In this document: positions 10,981 to 21,126 of the stretch, piece by piece | How positions within the stretch are numbered: the first letter of the stretch is position 1 | Layout of the letters: each line of letters begins with the position of its first letter | Source of the DNA: an uncultured Clostridium sp. | GTDB lineage: Bacteria; Bacillota; Clostridia; TANB77; CAG-508 | DNA length: 61,408 nucleotides | NCBI GenBank assembly: GCA_947567695.1 | Contig: CANONT010000004.1 | Coordinates: 1 to 61,408, forward strand | Direction of reading: 5' to 3' | The notes under the pieces: generated by a model | What the model saw: the letters and a program-made list of their open reading frames with translations, nothing else | Databases searched by the model: none | What the model was told of the DNA's origin: nothing | Made by a program: the position numbers and the translations under genes

Positions 10981-11118
10981 AGCCTCACCTCCTAACTCTT
11001 GATAAAAAATCAAGGTAGAAGGCAACACACACATCTGCTAAACTTACTTTCTATGATAAGGATTTTATAACATTTCTTTCAAAAAGTCTATCATATTTGC
11101 ATAATTATTTATTTTTTT

Positions 11119-12708
11119 CTATTTTTTATCTACATGATACACCTGTCCATCTTTCAAATAAATCACCTTATCCGAACTAGCAATGGTAGACTTTCTATGA
11201 GCAATAATAATAACTGTACTTACCTTTGAAATGTGATCTATGATTTTCTGGATCATATTTTCCGTCTTTAAATCGATATTTGAAGTTGGTTCATCGAAAA
11301 TATAAATATTGGCATGATGTAAAATAGCACGAATAAAAGCAATAATTTGCAATTCGCCATAAGACATCTCATCTGCCTTTATTTTGGTATTCAGTCCTTG
11401 TGGTAGTCTTTCAAATAAATGGTCTACTCCAATTTCCTTTGCAAGTTTTGTAATTTGTTCATCGGTTATTTCTTGGTTACCTAATCGGATATTATTCCTT
11501 ACTGTATCGGCAAAGATATAAGGATTTTGCGAGATATAAGAAATATTGTTCCTTAAACTTTTGACTGATATTTTATGAATATCTTGATTTCCGATCCATA
11601 TTTTACCACTTTTGATGTCATACAACCTCATCAATACATTGACTAAAGTAGATTTTCCGGCCCCCGTTCTTCCTGCAATGGTTACCTTTTCTCCTTCTTT
11701 AATCACAAAAGATATATTTTTTAAAACCATTTCTTTGTCATAATTCATACATACATTTTGGAATTCGATATCTCCCTTCACTCGATCCATTTCTTCGCCA
11801 GCTGATAAATCTTCTAGATCCTTTTCTTGTAAAATTTCTTTTACTCTTTGATACGATGCCAAACAAGTTTGAATTTCCTCTAATTGGTCACATATCTCAC
11901 TTAGCGGACTTCTACATTCTTTGATGTAAAATAAAATTAAATACAAGCTTCCAACGGATATGGAAAGATTGATGTTTAATGCATAATAAAGAACTGCATA
12001 AATTCCTATCGCTTCTAATAGTATTAATGCCCAGTAGGTAAAGCTATGAACAAATATATACTTTTTCTTTACCTTAAGTTCTTCCTCAAATAAGTAATCA
12101 GACTTCTTTTTATTTCTTTCTTGCAATTGATACAAATAAGTCAATTTACTTTTATTATAAAATTCAGAGAATTCTCTGTTTTCTATATCTCTTCTTTTTA
12201 ATACTTCTCGATTCAACTTACCCAATACATTGGTAAATTTCATCGTTGATAGACCGATTGCACAGATTGTCGCAAAGCCAATCCAAGCTAAAGAAATATT
12301 AGCAAAAAACATCATAGCTACCATAAACAATAAATACACCAAATCATTTACAATTACGTTTAGAACGCCAAAAAATAGATTAAATAATTCTTCCACATCT
12401 GTGGTAAGTCTAGTATACAGTTGTGCTGAATTGTATTTTTCAAAAGTTTTCATTTTGAATTTTAAGACTGTGTCAAATAATTTTTCTCTAATATCTCTTA
12501 ACATTTTTGCCATTAATATATTCACTTTTACGTTTCTTACATTTTTGGAAATGGCACAAGCAATATGAACCAAGGTATAGGCAAAAACTAATTTTAACAA
12601 AATGGTTTGTACATTAGTGGCTTGAAAATCAACATCTACAATTTGTTTCATAATAAAAGGATGAATGGTACTTAAGGTATTGCACAAAATCAATAAAATA
12701 CTAATCAA
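11119..12708 (-). CDS. ABC transporter ATP-binding/permease (exporter half-transporter)
   Basis: TM domain plus an NBD (GRTGAGKST, IFDEPTS). The track start is a TTG. The frame stays open 13 codons further up, to an ATA at 12745-12747 that has a good SD and overlaps the upstream stop. Confidence 0.85.
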   Translation of the reverse strand: MISILLILCNTLSTIHPFIMKQIVDVDFQATNVQTILLKLVFAYTLVHIACAISKNVRNVKVNILMAKMLRDIREKLFDTVLKFKMKTFEKYNSAQLYTRLTTDVEELFNLFFGVLNVIVNDLVYLLFMVAMMFFANISLAWIGFATICAIGLSTMKFTNVLGKLNREVLKRRDIENREFSEFYNKSKLTYLYQLQERNKKKSDYLFEEELKVKKKYIFVHSFTYWALILLEAIGIYAVLYYALNINLSISVGSLYLILFYIKECRSPLSEICDQLEEIQTCLASYQRVKEILQEKDLEDLSAGEEMDRVKGDIEFQNVCMNYDKEMVLKNISFVIKEGEKVTIAGRTGAGKSTLVNVLMRLYDIKSGKIWIGNQDIHKISVKSLRNNISYISQNPYIFADTVRNNIRLGNQEITDEQITKLAKEIGVDHLFERLPQGLNTKIKADEMSYGELQIIAFIRAILHHANIYIFDEPTSNIDLKTENMIQKIIDHISKVSTVIIIAHRKSTIASSDKVIYLKDGQVYHVDKK

Positions 12709-12743
12709 AATATAAGATTTCCAATGTTTTTTTAGAATACTTT

Positions 12744-14480
12744 TTATAGCGATGCACCTTCTTTCTCATATTGACTTAATTCTCGATATAATTCATTGTT
12801 TTGTAATAATTCTTGATGTGTGCCACAGCTCTCGATTTTTCCGTCTATTAATAAATAGACTTTGTCCATATTTTCCATCCTACTAATTTTATTGGAAACA
12901 ACAATGAGTGTGTGATCGCCAACTTCTCTTTCAATTGCTTGTAATACCTTTTTTTCGGTCTCACTGTCTAAAGCAGATAAACTATCATCAAAAATATTGA
13001 CATCTCTTGTTTCTAGTAGTGTTCGTGCAATTTGAATTCTTTGCTTTTGTCCACCAGAAACTTTGGAACCATTTTCTCCAATTTTGGTGTCAAATTTTTC
13101 TTCCATTTTTTCAATATCTTCTAATAATTCTGATTTACTAGCCACTGTTTCAATTTCCTCTTGCTTTCTTTCTTGTTTCATGTCAATATTATTTTTGATG
13201 TTTTCATCTAAAATGATACTTTTTTGTGTGGCATAACCAATTTTGCTAAAAATGCTTTCTCTTTTATATTCATTGCAGTCAATTCCATTGATTTTTACAG
13301 TATTATTTGGGATTTCATAAAATCCAGCCAAAATATTCATTAAAGTAGATTTTCCACTTCCCACTTGTCCAACAATCCCTATTTTCTCACCTTTGTGGAT
13401 TTGCATGGTAATATCTTCAATCGCTGGTTTTCCATTTTCTGTATAACGATAGGTCAAATGATCGATTTCTATTTTCTCGATTTTTTCTAGTTCCTTCCCT
13501 GTTTGATTGTAAGTCTCCAAATTGTAAAAATAATTGTATCTTCTTTTCGCTTGTTTGAAATAAGCAATGCCATCTAATAATGGCTTGATCGCACTATTCA
13601 TTTCTCCTAAAGCACGTGTAATGCAAGCAATATAAACGGTCAATTCTCCTACTGTTATCATATTTTTTTGTATTAAAAATACACCAAGTGCAAATCCAAT
13701 CGAATAGCAAGTTCCATACACAATATTAATTACATTGTCAATTTTGTTTTTCACGACTCCAATTTGATAATCTGCCAAATACATTTCTTGATTTACTTTT
13801 GCAAATTTTTCTTTTTGTTGCTCTTGCTCATTATATAGTTTTATTAAAGAAAAACCTGACGTGTTTTGTTCAATTCGATTGGAATATTCGATATTGACTT
13901 TCCTTGCCTTTTCTATTTCTTGATCTAACTTCTTGTATAGCTTAAATAGCCAAATAGCAGCCATTGGAATGATTGGTATTACACTTGCTGCTAGCCATAA
14001 ATTCACATTTTTTCCAATCATCACAATACCAATCACAGGAGAAATCACCAATTTTGAAATATTGAAAAAGGCATTTCCTAAATTGATTCTTAATATCTCA
14101 ATCGATAAATACGCTAAATAGGCTCCTTTTTCTTCTTTGTCATAGTATTCTGGTTTTACATATTGTAGATGTTCTAACACCTTTTTTCTCAAATAAGTAT
14201 CTGATATTCTGGATCTTCTAAATAATAAATTTCTATAAATAATCCTTGGTAGGATCATAAAAATAGAATAGAAAATAAGAATATATACTTGTTGCATAAT
14301 AACTTCTTTTTCTACATTTCCTTGTAATAGCAAATCTAGTATTTCTCCTATAATTGTAGGTATCTTGAATAAAATCCATACACAAAAAGCATGAAAAACC
14401 ATCCCTATTATATAAATAGGAACAGTCCTTTTTAACTCATCTACGAATATTTTATGATTTGTATCCTTTGCTTTCATTGG
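12744..14480 (-). CDS. ABC transporter ATP-binding/permease (exporter half-transporter)
   Basis: TM domain plus an NBD (GQVGSGKST, VSGGQKQR). Start set at MKAKDTNHK, because the track's 21-codon extension reads through repeats 14502-14566. Confidence 0.9.
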   Translation of the reverse strand, partial: PMKAKDTNHKIFVDELKRTVPIYIIGMVFHAFCVWILFKIPTIIGEILDLLLQGNVEKEVIMQQVYILIFYSIFMILPRIIYRNLLFRRSRISDTYLRKKVLEHLQYVKPEYYDKEEKGAYLAYLSIEILRINLGNAFFNISKLVISPVIGIVMIGKNVNLWLAASVIPIIPMAAIWLFKLYKKLDQEIEKARKVNIEYSNRIEQNTSGFSLIKLYNEQEQQKEKFAKVNQEMYLADYQIGVVKNKIDNVINIVYGTCYSIGFALGVFLIQKNMITVGELTVYIACITRALGEMNSAIKPLLDGIAYFKQAKRRYNYFYNLETYNQTGKELEKIEKIEIDHLTYRYTENGKPAIEDITMQIHKGEKIGIVGQVGSGKSTLMNILAGFYEIPNNTVKINGIDCNEYKRESIFSKIGYATQKSIILDENIKNNIDMKQERKQEEIETVASKSELLEDIEKMEEKFDTKIGENGSKVSGGQKQRIQIARTLLETRDVNIFDDSLSALDSETEKKVLQAIEREVGDHTLIVVSNKISRMENMDKVYLLIDGKIESCGTHQELLQNNELYRELSQYEKEGASL

Positions 14481-14501
14481 TATTTCCTCTTTTTCTGATT
14501 T

Positions 14502-14566
14502 ATTGCCAAAGGGGACGATCCTTTTTGGCAATCGTGTCCCCACTTGATCTCGGAACCAGTGGGGAC
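14502..14566. repeat. family B palindrome (14502-14532) followed by a family A unit (14536-14566)
   Basis: ATTGCCAAAGGGGACGATCCTTTTTGGCAAT has a reverse-complement copy at 43513-43542. GTCCCCACTTGATCTCGGAACCAGTGGGGAC is a family A variant. Confidence 0.8.
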
Positions 14567-14581
14567 GACGTTGACAGTTTA

Positions 14582-16246
14582 TTAGAATATTCCTACAACT
14601 TCTCCGTTTTCGTCGATGTCTATGCTTTCTGCTGATGGTACTTTGGGAAGTCCTGGCATGGTCATAATTTTTCCAGCTAAGGCAACCACAAATCCTGCTC
14701 CTGTTTTTAGTTGAATGTCTCGAATGGTGATGTTGTAATCTTCTTTACATTCTAAGTTTTTAGCATCGTCTGAGAAAGAGTATTGTGTTTTGGCAATACA
14801 TACTGGGAAGTTTCCATATCCAAGTTCTTCTATCTTTTTGATTTCTGCTAAAGCTGATTCTGAAAAGTCAACTCCTTTGGCTCCATAAATTCTAGTTGCT
14901 ATTTTTTCAATTTTAGTTGGAATTGAGTCTTCTAGTTCATACATATAAGAGAAGTTAGGTTCTTCTTGTTCGGTTAATTTGACTAATTTTTCTGCGATGT
15001 CTTTCGCTCCTTCTCCTCCTTTTGCCCATCCTTCTACTAGGCTTAATTCCACTCCTTTTTCTGCTAACTTTTCTTGTAAGAACTCGATTTCTTTTTCTGT
15101 GTCTTGGACATATCGATTTAAGGCTACGATGACATTTAATCCAAATTTATTTTTTAGGTTATCAATATGACGATATAAATTGTCAATTCCTTTTTCAATT
15201 CCATCTATGTTTTCTTCTTGTATTTTGTCTTTTTCTACGCCACCATGATATTTAATGGCTTTAATGGTAGCAACTAGTACAACGGCATCTGGCTTAATTC
15301 CTGCTTTTCTACATTTGATGTCAATGAATTTTTCGGCTCCTAAGTCTGCTCCAAATCCAGCTTCTGTAATGACATAATCTCCTAATTTCAAAGCTAGTTT
15401 AGTAGCCATGATACTATTACATCCATGTGCAATATTAGCAAATGGTCCACCATGAATGATAGCTGGTGTATGTTCTAGGGTTTGTACTAAGTTTGGTTTT
15501 AGGGCATCTTTTAATAAGACTGTCATTGCTCCTTCTGCTTTCAATTGTTTCGCATAGATTGGTTCTCCTTGCTTGTTATAACCAATTAATATATTTCCTA
15601 GTTTTTCTTTTAGGTCTTTTATGTCAGTTGCTAGACATACGATTGCCATAATTTCGGAAGCAACGGTAATGTCAAATTGATCTTTTCTTGGCACAATTTT
15701 CTTTTCCCCTGAAAGACCTGTTTCTACTTGTCTTAGTTGTCGATCATTTAAATCCACACATCTTTTCCATACAATTTTTTCAAAACCTAATGAATTCCCA
15801 TAGTAAATGTGATTATCAATTAAGCTCGCTAATAGGTTATTGGCAGCTGTTATGGCATGAATATCCCCTGTAAAGTGTAGATTGATATCTTCCATTGGTG
15901 CAATTTGGACTTTTCCTCCTCCTGTTGCTCCTCCTTTGATTCCAAAAACTGGTCCTAAAGATGGTTCTCTTAATGCTAAAATAGATTTTTTTCCTATGGT
16001 TCTTAATCCATCTGCTACTGCTATGGATATGGTTGTTTTTCCTTCTCCTAATGGGGTTGGATTGACAGCTGTTACTAAAATTAGTTTGCCATCTTTTTTG
16101 TCTTTTCTACTTTCATACACTTTTTCAGAAATTTTAGCTTTGTATTTTCCGTATTGTTCGATCTCCTCTTCATCCATTTCTATCTTTTTTGCTATGTCTA
16201 CTATTTTGTCTAGTTTTGTACTTCTTGCGATTTCTATGTCTGTCAT
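14582..16246 (-). CDS. fhs: formate--tetrahydrofolate ligase
   Basis: 554-aa ORF with the FTHFS nucleotide-binding motif PTPLGEGKTT and FTHFS-like sequence along its full length. Confidence 0.95.
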   Translation of the reverse strand: MTDIEIARSTKLDKIVDIAKKIEMDEEEIEQYGKYKAKISEKVYESRKDKKDGKLILVTAVNPTPLGEGKTTISIAVADGLRTIGKKSILALREPSLGPVFGIKGGATGGGKVQIAPMEDINLHFTGDIHAITAANNLLASLIDNHIYYGNSLGFEKIVWKRCVDLNDRQLRQVETGLSGEKKIVPRKDQFDITVASEIMAIVCLATDIKDLKEKLGNILIGYNKQGEPIYAKQLKAEGAMTVLLKDALKPNLVQTLEHTPAIIHGGPFANIAHGCNSIMATKLALKLGDYVITEAGFGADLGAEKFIDIKCRKAGIKPDAVVLVATIKAIKYHGGVEKDKIQEENIDGIEKGIDNLYRHIDNLKNKFGLNVIVALNRYVQDTEKEIEFLQEKLAEKGVELSLVEGWAKGGEGAKDIAEKLVKLTEQEEPNFSYMYELEDSIPTKIEKIATRIYGAKGVDFSESALAEIKKIEELGYGNFPVCIAKTQYSFSDDAKNLECKEDYNITIRDIQLKTGAGFVVALAGKIMTMPGLPKVPSAESIDIDENGEVVGIF

Positions 16247-16311
16247 ATTAATTCCTCCTTTTTCTTCTCTCTAATTATTTTCCTATGTTTACTTCCTTTA
16301 TTTTAGTAAAT

Positions 16312-16752
16312 TTAAACCATTAATCCTACAACCACTCCTATCAAAGCTCCAACAAACACTTGCACTGGTGTATGTCCTAATACTTCTACTAATCTTTCTG
16401 AGACTTGTACTCCTGTTAATCCCGGTGTTTCAATTAATTTATTTAGTAAAGCCGCTTGCTTACCAGCTGCTCTTCTTACGCCACAAGCATCATACATAAC
16501 AACTAAGGCAAAAATAAATGATAAAGCAAATAATGGTGTTCCTACTCCTTCATTCTTTCCTATTAGAGTTGCTAAACCTGCTACTACTGCTGAATGAGAA
16601 CTTGGCATTCCGCCTGCTCCTATAATTCTTTTAAAATTAAACTTCTTCGTGGTAACTAAATCATAAATTAGTTTAAATAATTGTATGCCAAACCATAAAA
16701 AAAATGGTATGTATACATATTGGTTCTGTAAAAATGCGATAAAATCATTCAT
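16312..16752 (-). CDS. divergent PAP2 / DUF212 family membrane protein
   Basis: GGMPSSHSA ... YDACGVRRAAGKQA motifs are typical of the YuiD-like acid-phosphatase-related family. Confidence 0.8.
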   Translation of the reverse strand: MNDFIAFLQNQYVYIPFFLWFGIQLFKLIYDLVTTKKFNFKRIIGAGGMPSSHSAVVAGLATLIGKNEGVGTPLFALSFIFALVVMYDACGVRRAAGKQAALLNKLIETPGLTGVQVSERLVEVLGHTPVQVFVGALIGVVVGLMV

Positions 16753-16769
16753 TTTGCTAACAATCCTTT

Positions 16770-16991
16770 CTATTCTTCTGTTTCAAAATCTTCTTCTTTC
16801 ATCTCTCCATCTTGATTGACCAAAATGGTTATTTTCTTTTCTGCTTCCTCCAATGTCTTATTACATTGTTTTGAAATTTTAATTCCTTCTTCAAACTTGG
16901 AAACCGAATCTTCTAAACTCAATTCTCCTTTTTCTAATTCCTCCACAATTTCTTCTAATGCTTCTATCTGTTCTTCAAAACTCTTACTCAT
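16770..16991 (-). CDS. xseB: exodeoxyribonuclease VII small subunit
   Basis: 73-aa acidic helical protein (FEEQIEALEEIVEELEKGELSLEDSV) immediately downstream of xseA. Confidence 0.9.
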   Translation of the reverse strand: MSKSFEEQIEALEEIVEELEKGELSLEDSVSKFEEGIKISKQCNKTLEEAEKKITILVNQDGEMKEEDFETEE

Positions 16992-17025
16992 GTTAACCTC
17001 CTTTTCATTTTAAGTTGAAATAACT

Positions 17026-18219
17026 TTATTGTACTTTAGCCTCTACCTGTCCATCTGTAAAGCGAAGTTCCACCACATCACCAGACTTTAAGTCTTTGTG
17101 TGACTTAACCACTTTTCCTTCCTTTTGTGTAATGGAATAGCCTCTAGCTAGTGTTTTAAGTGGGCTATAAGCATCTAACTTAGCACTCAACTCAACATAT
17201 TTGGTCTTTTCTTTTTCCTGTTTCGCCTTTATAACATTTTCCAATCGTTTCACTTGATTGTCAATTCTCAAATAATTTTCTTGCACTCTGCGTGTTGGTT
17301 CTTTAAAAACAAAACTTGACATACTTTTTTCATATCGTAATTTCATAACTTCTACTTTTTTAAGTAGAGCCATCCTTAATCGATTTTGATATGTTATAAT
17401 CTTTTGTTTTACTTCATAGCGATCGGGAACTGCCAACTCAGCAGCTGCTGATGGCGTTGGTGCTCGCAAATCAGCTACAAAATCGGCAATGGTAAAATCT
17501 GTTTCATGTCCTACGGCTGATATAATGGGAATTTCTGAATGATAAATACTATGTGCTACGATTTCTTCATTAAATGGCCATAAATCTTCTAAAGAGCCCC
17601 CACCCCTTGCTAAAATCAATACATCTGCTAACTTATTACGATTCATATATTCGATGCCATCTGCAATTCTTTCAGCTGCCCCCTCTCCTTGAACGGGAAC
17701 TGGAAATAAACGAATCACAACATCAGGATTTCTTCTTGTTGATACATTGATAATATCCCTAATTACGGATCCCGTCTGTGAAGTTAGCACACCTATTACT
17801 TTTGGCACTTTCGGAATGGGCATTTTATGTTCTTCATCAAATAGCCCTTGTTCTTCTAACTTGCTTTTCAATTCTTGATACTTGGTGTATAAATCTCCTA
17901 AACCATCTTGTTCCATTGCTTTGGCATAAATTTGATACACACCATCTCTTTCAAAAACAGAAACGCCCCCAAAAAGAAATACCTTCATTCCATCTTTTGG
18001 CATGAAGTTTAACTTTTGGGCATAGGATTTAAACATAACACATTTAATTAAAGCTTTTTCATCTTTTAATGTAAAATACATATGCCCAGTATAATGATTC
18101 TTAAAATTAGAAATTTCTCCTTTTACTAGAATATTATTTAAATACTCATCGTCTGCAATTTTATCTTTGATATATTGATTTAAGTGTGAAACAGTTACTG
18201 CCATCTCTGCATATTTCAT
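17026..18219 (-). CDS. xseA: exodeoxyribonuclease VII large subunit
   Basis: 397 aa with an OB-fold N-terminus, the GVLTSQTGSVIRDI and ARGGGSLEDLWPFNEE motifs, and a coiled-coil C-terminus. Confidence 0.93.
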   Translation of the reverse strand: MKYAEMAVTVSHLNQYIKDKIADDEYLNNILVKGEISNFKNHYTGHMYFTLKDEKALIKCVMFKSYAQKLNFMPKDGMKVFLFGGVSVFERDGVYQIYAKAMEQDGLGDLYTKYQELKSKLEEQGLFDEEHKMPIPKVPKVIGVLTSQTGSVIRDIINVSTRRNPDVVIRLFPVPVQGEGAAERIADGIEYMNRNKLADVLILARGGGSLEDLWPFNEEIVAHSIYHSEIPIISAVGHETDFTIADFVADLRAPTPSAAAELAVPDRYEVKQKIITYQNRLRMALLKKVEVMKLRYEKSMSSFVFKEPTRRVQENYLRIDNQVKRLENVIKAKQEKEKTKYVELSAKLDAYSPLKTLARGYSITQKEGKVVKSHKDLKSGDVVELRFTDGQVEAKVQ

Positions 18220-18230
18220 AATCTTACCTC

Positions 18231-18632
18231 TTATTCCTTAACAACACTTGCTAAAACTCCATTGACAAAGTTTTTAGAAGAATCCTCTCCATATTTTTTG
18301 GCTAATTCCACAGCTTCATTAATCGCTACTTTAAATGGAATTTTTGTGTATTTTAATTCATAAATTGCCAATTTTAAAATGGCTAAATCGATCTTAGAAA
18401 TTCTTTGAAGTTTCCAATCTGATTTCAGGTTTTTTTCAATTTGATGAATGATCTCCTCTTTGTTTTTTTCAATACCAAAAATAGCATCTGCTATATATGC
18501 TTTTGCTTTTTCTTCTGTTATTTGATTACTCTCTTCATACAATTCTATGGCTTCTTTTAAATCTTCCTGTTTTTGTATTTCTAAACTGTATACTAATTTA
18601 AAAGTTTGTTCTCTAATGGCTGTTCGATTCAT
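18231..18632 (-). CDS. nusB: transcription antitermination factor NusB
   Basis: 133-aa protein resembling NusB ([25 protein letters not shown]), with the conserved nusB-xseA neighbourhood. Confidence 0.9.
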   Translation of the reverse strand: MNRTAIREQTFKLVYSLEIQKQEDLKEAIELYEESNQITEEKAKAYIADAIFGIEKNKEEIIHQIEKNLKSDWKLQRISKIDLAILKLAIYELKYTKIPFKVAINEAVELAKKYGEDSSKNFVNGVLASVVKE

Positions 18633-18682
18633 TTTTAATTTATGTTAATCTAAAAGACTAACACTTCCCCCTTTATATCGTT

Positions 18683-18883
18683 TTACATCTTATCAATAAA
18701 TGTTTTTAACTTTGTTTTCACATCTTCTTTATTTTGTTGTACATAATTTCCTATCAATGCCCCTAACACTAGAACTACAATCGCTAATATCAAATCATGC
18801 AATCTGGTAATTAAAATTAAAATTGCTACAACAATTCCTATGATTGCCCCTTTATAATTGTTCCAAAAATCTTTTAGGTTCAT
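18683..18883 (-). CDS. DUF2273 small membrane protein
   Basis: 66 aa with two TM segments, in the standard position after amaP/asp23. Confidence 0.75.
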   Translation of the reverse strand: MNLKDFWNNYKGAIIGIVVAILILITRLHDLILAIVVLVLGALIGNYVQQNKEDVKTKLKTFIDKM

Positions 18884-18920
18884 TTTATCACATTCCTTTC
18901 ATCCTAACTCTTACTATAAA

Positions 18921-19475
18921 TTAATCTGTTTCTTGTTGCGTTGGAGCCACCTTCTTAACCGTAATATTAACCTCTTTAACCTCTAAATCCGTTGCTGTTT
19001 TTACCTTTTCCTTAATTCTTGCCTGCAAATTGGCTGACAAATCTTTAATAACAGCTTCCTCATTCACAATCAAATTCACAAAAACCTTAACATTATTCTC
19101 TTTATCCAATTCCACTCTAGTTGAAACATCCTCTGCACTTTGAAAATTCAAAGCCACTGAATTTACTAAATTTTGAATCGTTTCTTTAGAAATCATCAAT
19201 TTTCCACTTTCGTTTTCTAACAAAACACCTTGTTTTTCTGTCGTATTATCTTTTGAATTACCATCAAAAAAGATACATTTGATGGATAATAAAATAAATA
19301 AAACACTTACTCCTAATACAATTTTGCTTGTTGTTTCTCCTGTAATTGTTGCTATTATAATATTTCCTACTAACTCTGTATCTAACCATCCGAATACTAA
19401 TAAACACAAAATGATGGATACCATTAACATGATACTAGCATAAATCATTAATGTGACTTTTTCTAAAAATTTCAT
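18921..19475 (-). CDS. amaP: alkaline shock response membrane anchor protein AmaP
   Basis: N-terminal TM pair plus a C-terminal domain, located directly downstream of the Asp23-family gene. Confidence 0.75.
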   Translation of the reverse strand: MKFLEKVTLMIYASIMLMVSIILCLLVFGWLDTELVGNIIIATITGETTSKIVLGVSVLFILLSIKCIFFDGNSKDNTTEKQGVLLENESGKLMISKETIQNLVNSVALNFQSAEDVSTRVELDKENNVKVFVNLIVNEEAVIKDLSANLQARIKEKVKTATDLEVKEVNITVKKVAPTQQETD

Positions 19476-19502
19476 TTCATTTCCTCCTACTACTTTTATT
19501 CT

Positions 19503-19952
19503 TTATTCTTCTTCATTTTCTACTTCTTCTGAAACTTCCACTTGTTTTTCTTCTTTTGCACGATCGGTATTGACACCTTGTACATGTACATTAACTTCTT
19601 CTACCGTTAAACCTGTCATGCTTTCTACTGCTTTTTTCACTCTATTTTGAATTTCAAAAGCAACATCAGGAATTCTGGATCCATATTCTACTATGATATT
19701 GACATCAATTTTTGCTTGTGAGCCTGAAACTTCTACCTTAATTCCTTTTGCCAAATTTTTCTTTCCACTGAAAACTTCTGATATACCACCTGCGAAGCCT
19801 CCTGCCATGCCAGCTACCCCTGAAACTTCTGATACAGCTACTCCTGCAATCACTGCTACAACATCATTTGAAATCTGGATGCCATCATTTTCTGTTTTTA
19901 TTTCTTCTTCTAACTCTACTACTTCACCATTTTCTTGATTTTCTTCACTCAT
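19503..19952 (-). CDS. Asp23/Gls24 family envelope stress protein
   Basis: Asp23-like core (ISNDVVAVIAGVAVSEVSGVAGM). Start set at MSEENQ, 7 nt after a GGAGG. Confidence 0.88.
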   Translation of the reverse strand: MSEENQENGEVVELEEEIKTENDGIQISNDVVAVIAGVAVSEVSGVAGMAGGFAGGISEVFSGKKNLAKGIKVEVSGSQAKIDVNIIVEYGSRIPDVAFEIQNRVKKAVESMTGLTVEEVNVHVQGVNTDRAKEEKQVEVSEEVENEEE

Positions 19953-19974
19953 TTTCATTCCTCCTTCGTATACC

Positions 19975-20016
19975 AAAAATTGATATACTTAATTTTATAT
20001 AAGTATATCAATTTTT
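19975..20016. terminator. long AT hairpin between fmt and the asp23-family gene
   Basis: AAAAATTGATATACTT / AAGTATATCAATTTTT, with U tracts possible on both strands. It lies only about 22 nt upstream of the asp23-family start codon. Confidence 0.5.
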
Positions 20017-20157
20017 TCTTTTTTTTACAACCACTTTCACTAAATTTTCACAGATTATGAGCATTATTTGTTACCATTCACAGCTTAACCATTGAAAATT
20101 TTTATGAGAAGGTTTTTATCTTCTAATCTTTGATAGCTGTAAATTATAACCATTATT

Positions 20158-21123
20158 TTATTTGTCACAAAACATCTCAAATTTTTGTATTGGATTTCCT
20201 CTTAAAAAATCTTGAATTTTCATTCTTTTAGCATTCTCTCCTTGTATTTCTATCACTTTTAAAATTCCTTGTTTCGTTTTTATAAACAAACCTTGTTTCT
20301 GATCTGAAAAAATTACCATTCCATTTTTCTTAGAAGCAATTTCTGTTTCTATTGTAATTTCTCCTTCCTTTGCTATGTCTACTTTCCAGAATTTTATTTT
20401 TTTCCCATTTAAAAATGTATAAGCTCCCATTATAGGATTCAGACCTCTTACCAAATTTTTAATTTCTTCTGCTGTTTTAGTTTCCCAATTAATTTGAGCC
20501 ATTTCCTTGGATAACATTGGTGCTATGGTAAAGTTTTCTCCTTGTTTTTTCCTTGGTGCTACTCCTTGTTCTATTTGTTCTATGGTTTTTACTAAAAGTT
20601 CTCCTCCCATTTTAGCTAGTCTATCCCATAATTCACCTGTTGTCTCATCTTCTCCTATTTCTGTTTCTTCTGTTAAAATAATATCACCTGTATCCATTCC
20701 TTTATCCATATACATGGTTGTTACTCCTGTTGCTTTATCTCCGTTTAAAACTGCCCATTGAATTGGTGCTGCTCCTCTGTATTTAGGAAGTAAAGAGGCA
20801 TGTACATTAATACAACCATAGGGAGGAATTTCTAATATCTCTTTGGGAAGTATGGTTCCATAAGCTACTACACAAATAAGATCTGGCTTTAGTTGTTTTA
20901 TTTCTTCTATGAATTCTCGATTCTTCTTTATTTTTTCCGGTTGATATATTTTTAGTTCTTTTTCCAAAGCAAATTGTTTTACTTCTGATGGAATTAATTT
21001 CATTCCTCTTCCTTGTGGTCGATCTGGATTGGTCACCACCCCTAAAATATGGTGTTCTGTTTTATAAATCGCTTCTAAATTTTCTTTGGCAAAATCTGGG
21101 GTTCCCATAAATATAATATTCAT
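20158..21123 (-). CDS. fmt: methionyl-tRNA formyltransferase
   Basis: IIFMGTPDFA N-terminus and HASLLPKYRGAAPIQWA motif, in the def-fmt arrangement. Confidence 0.95.
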   Translation of the reverse strand: MNIIFMGTPDFAKENLEAIYKTEHHILGVVTNPDRPQGRGMKLIPSEVKQFALEKELKIYQPEKIKKNREFIEEIKQLKPDLICVVAYGTILPKEILEIPPYGCINVHASLLPKYRGAAPIQWAVLNGDKATGVTTMYMDKGMDTGDIILTEETEIGEDETTGELWDRLAKMGGELLVKTIEQIEQGVAPRKKQGENFTIAPMLSKEMAQINWETKTAEEIKNLVRGLNPIMGAYTFLNGKKIKFWKVDIAKEGEITIETEIASKKNGMVIFSDQKQGLFIKTKQGILKVIEIQGENAKRMKIQDFLRGNPIQKFEMFCDK

Positions 21124-21126
21124 AAA

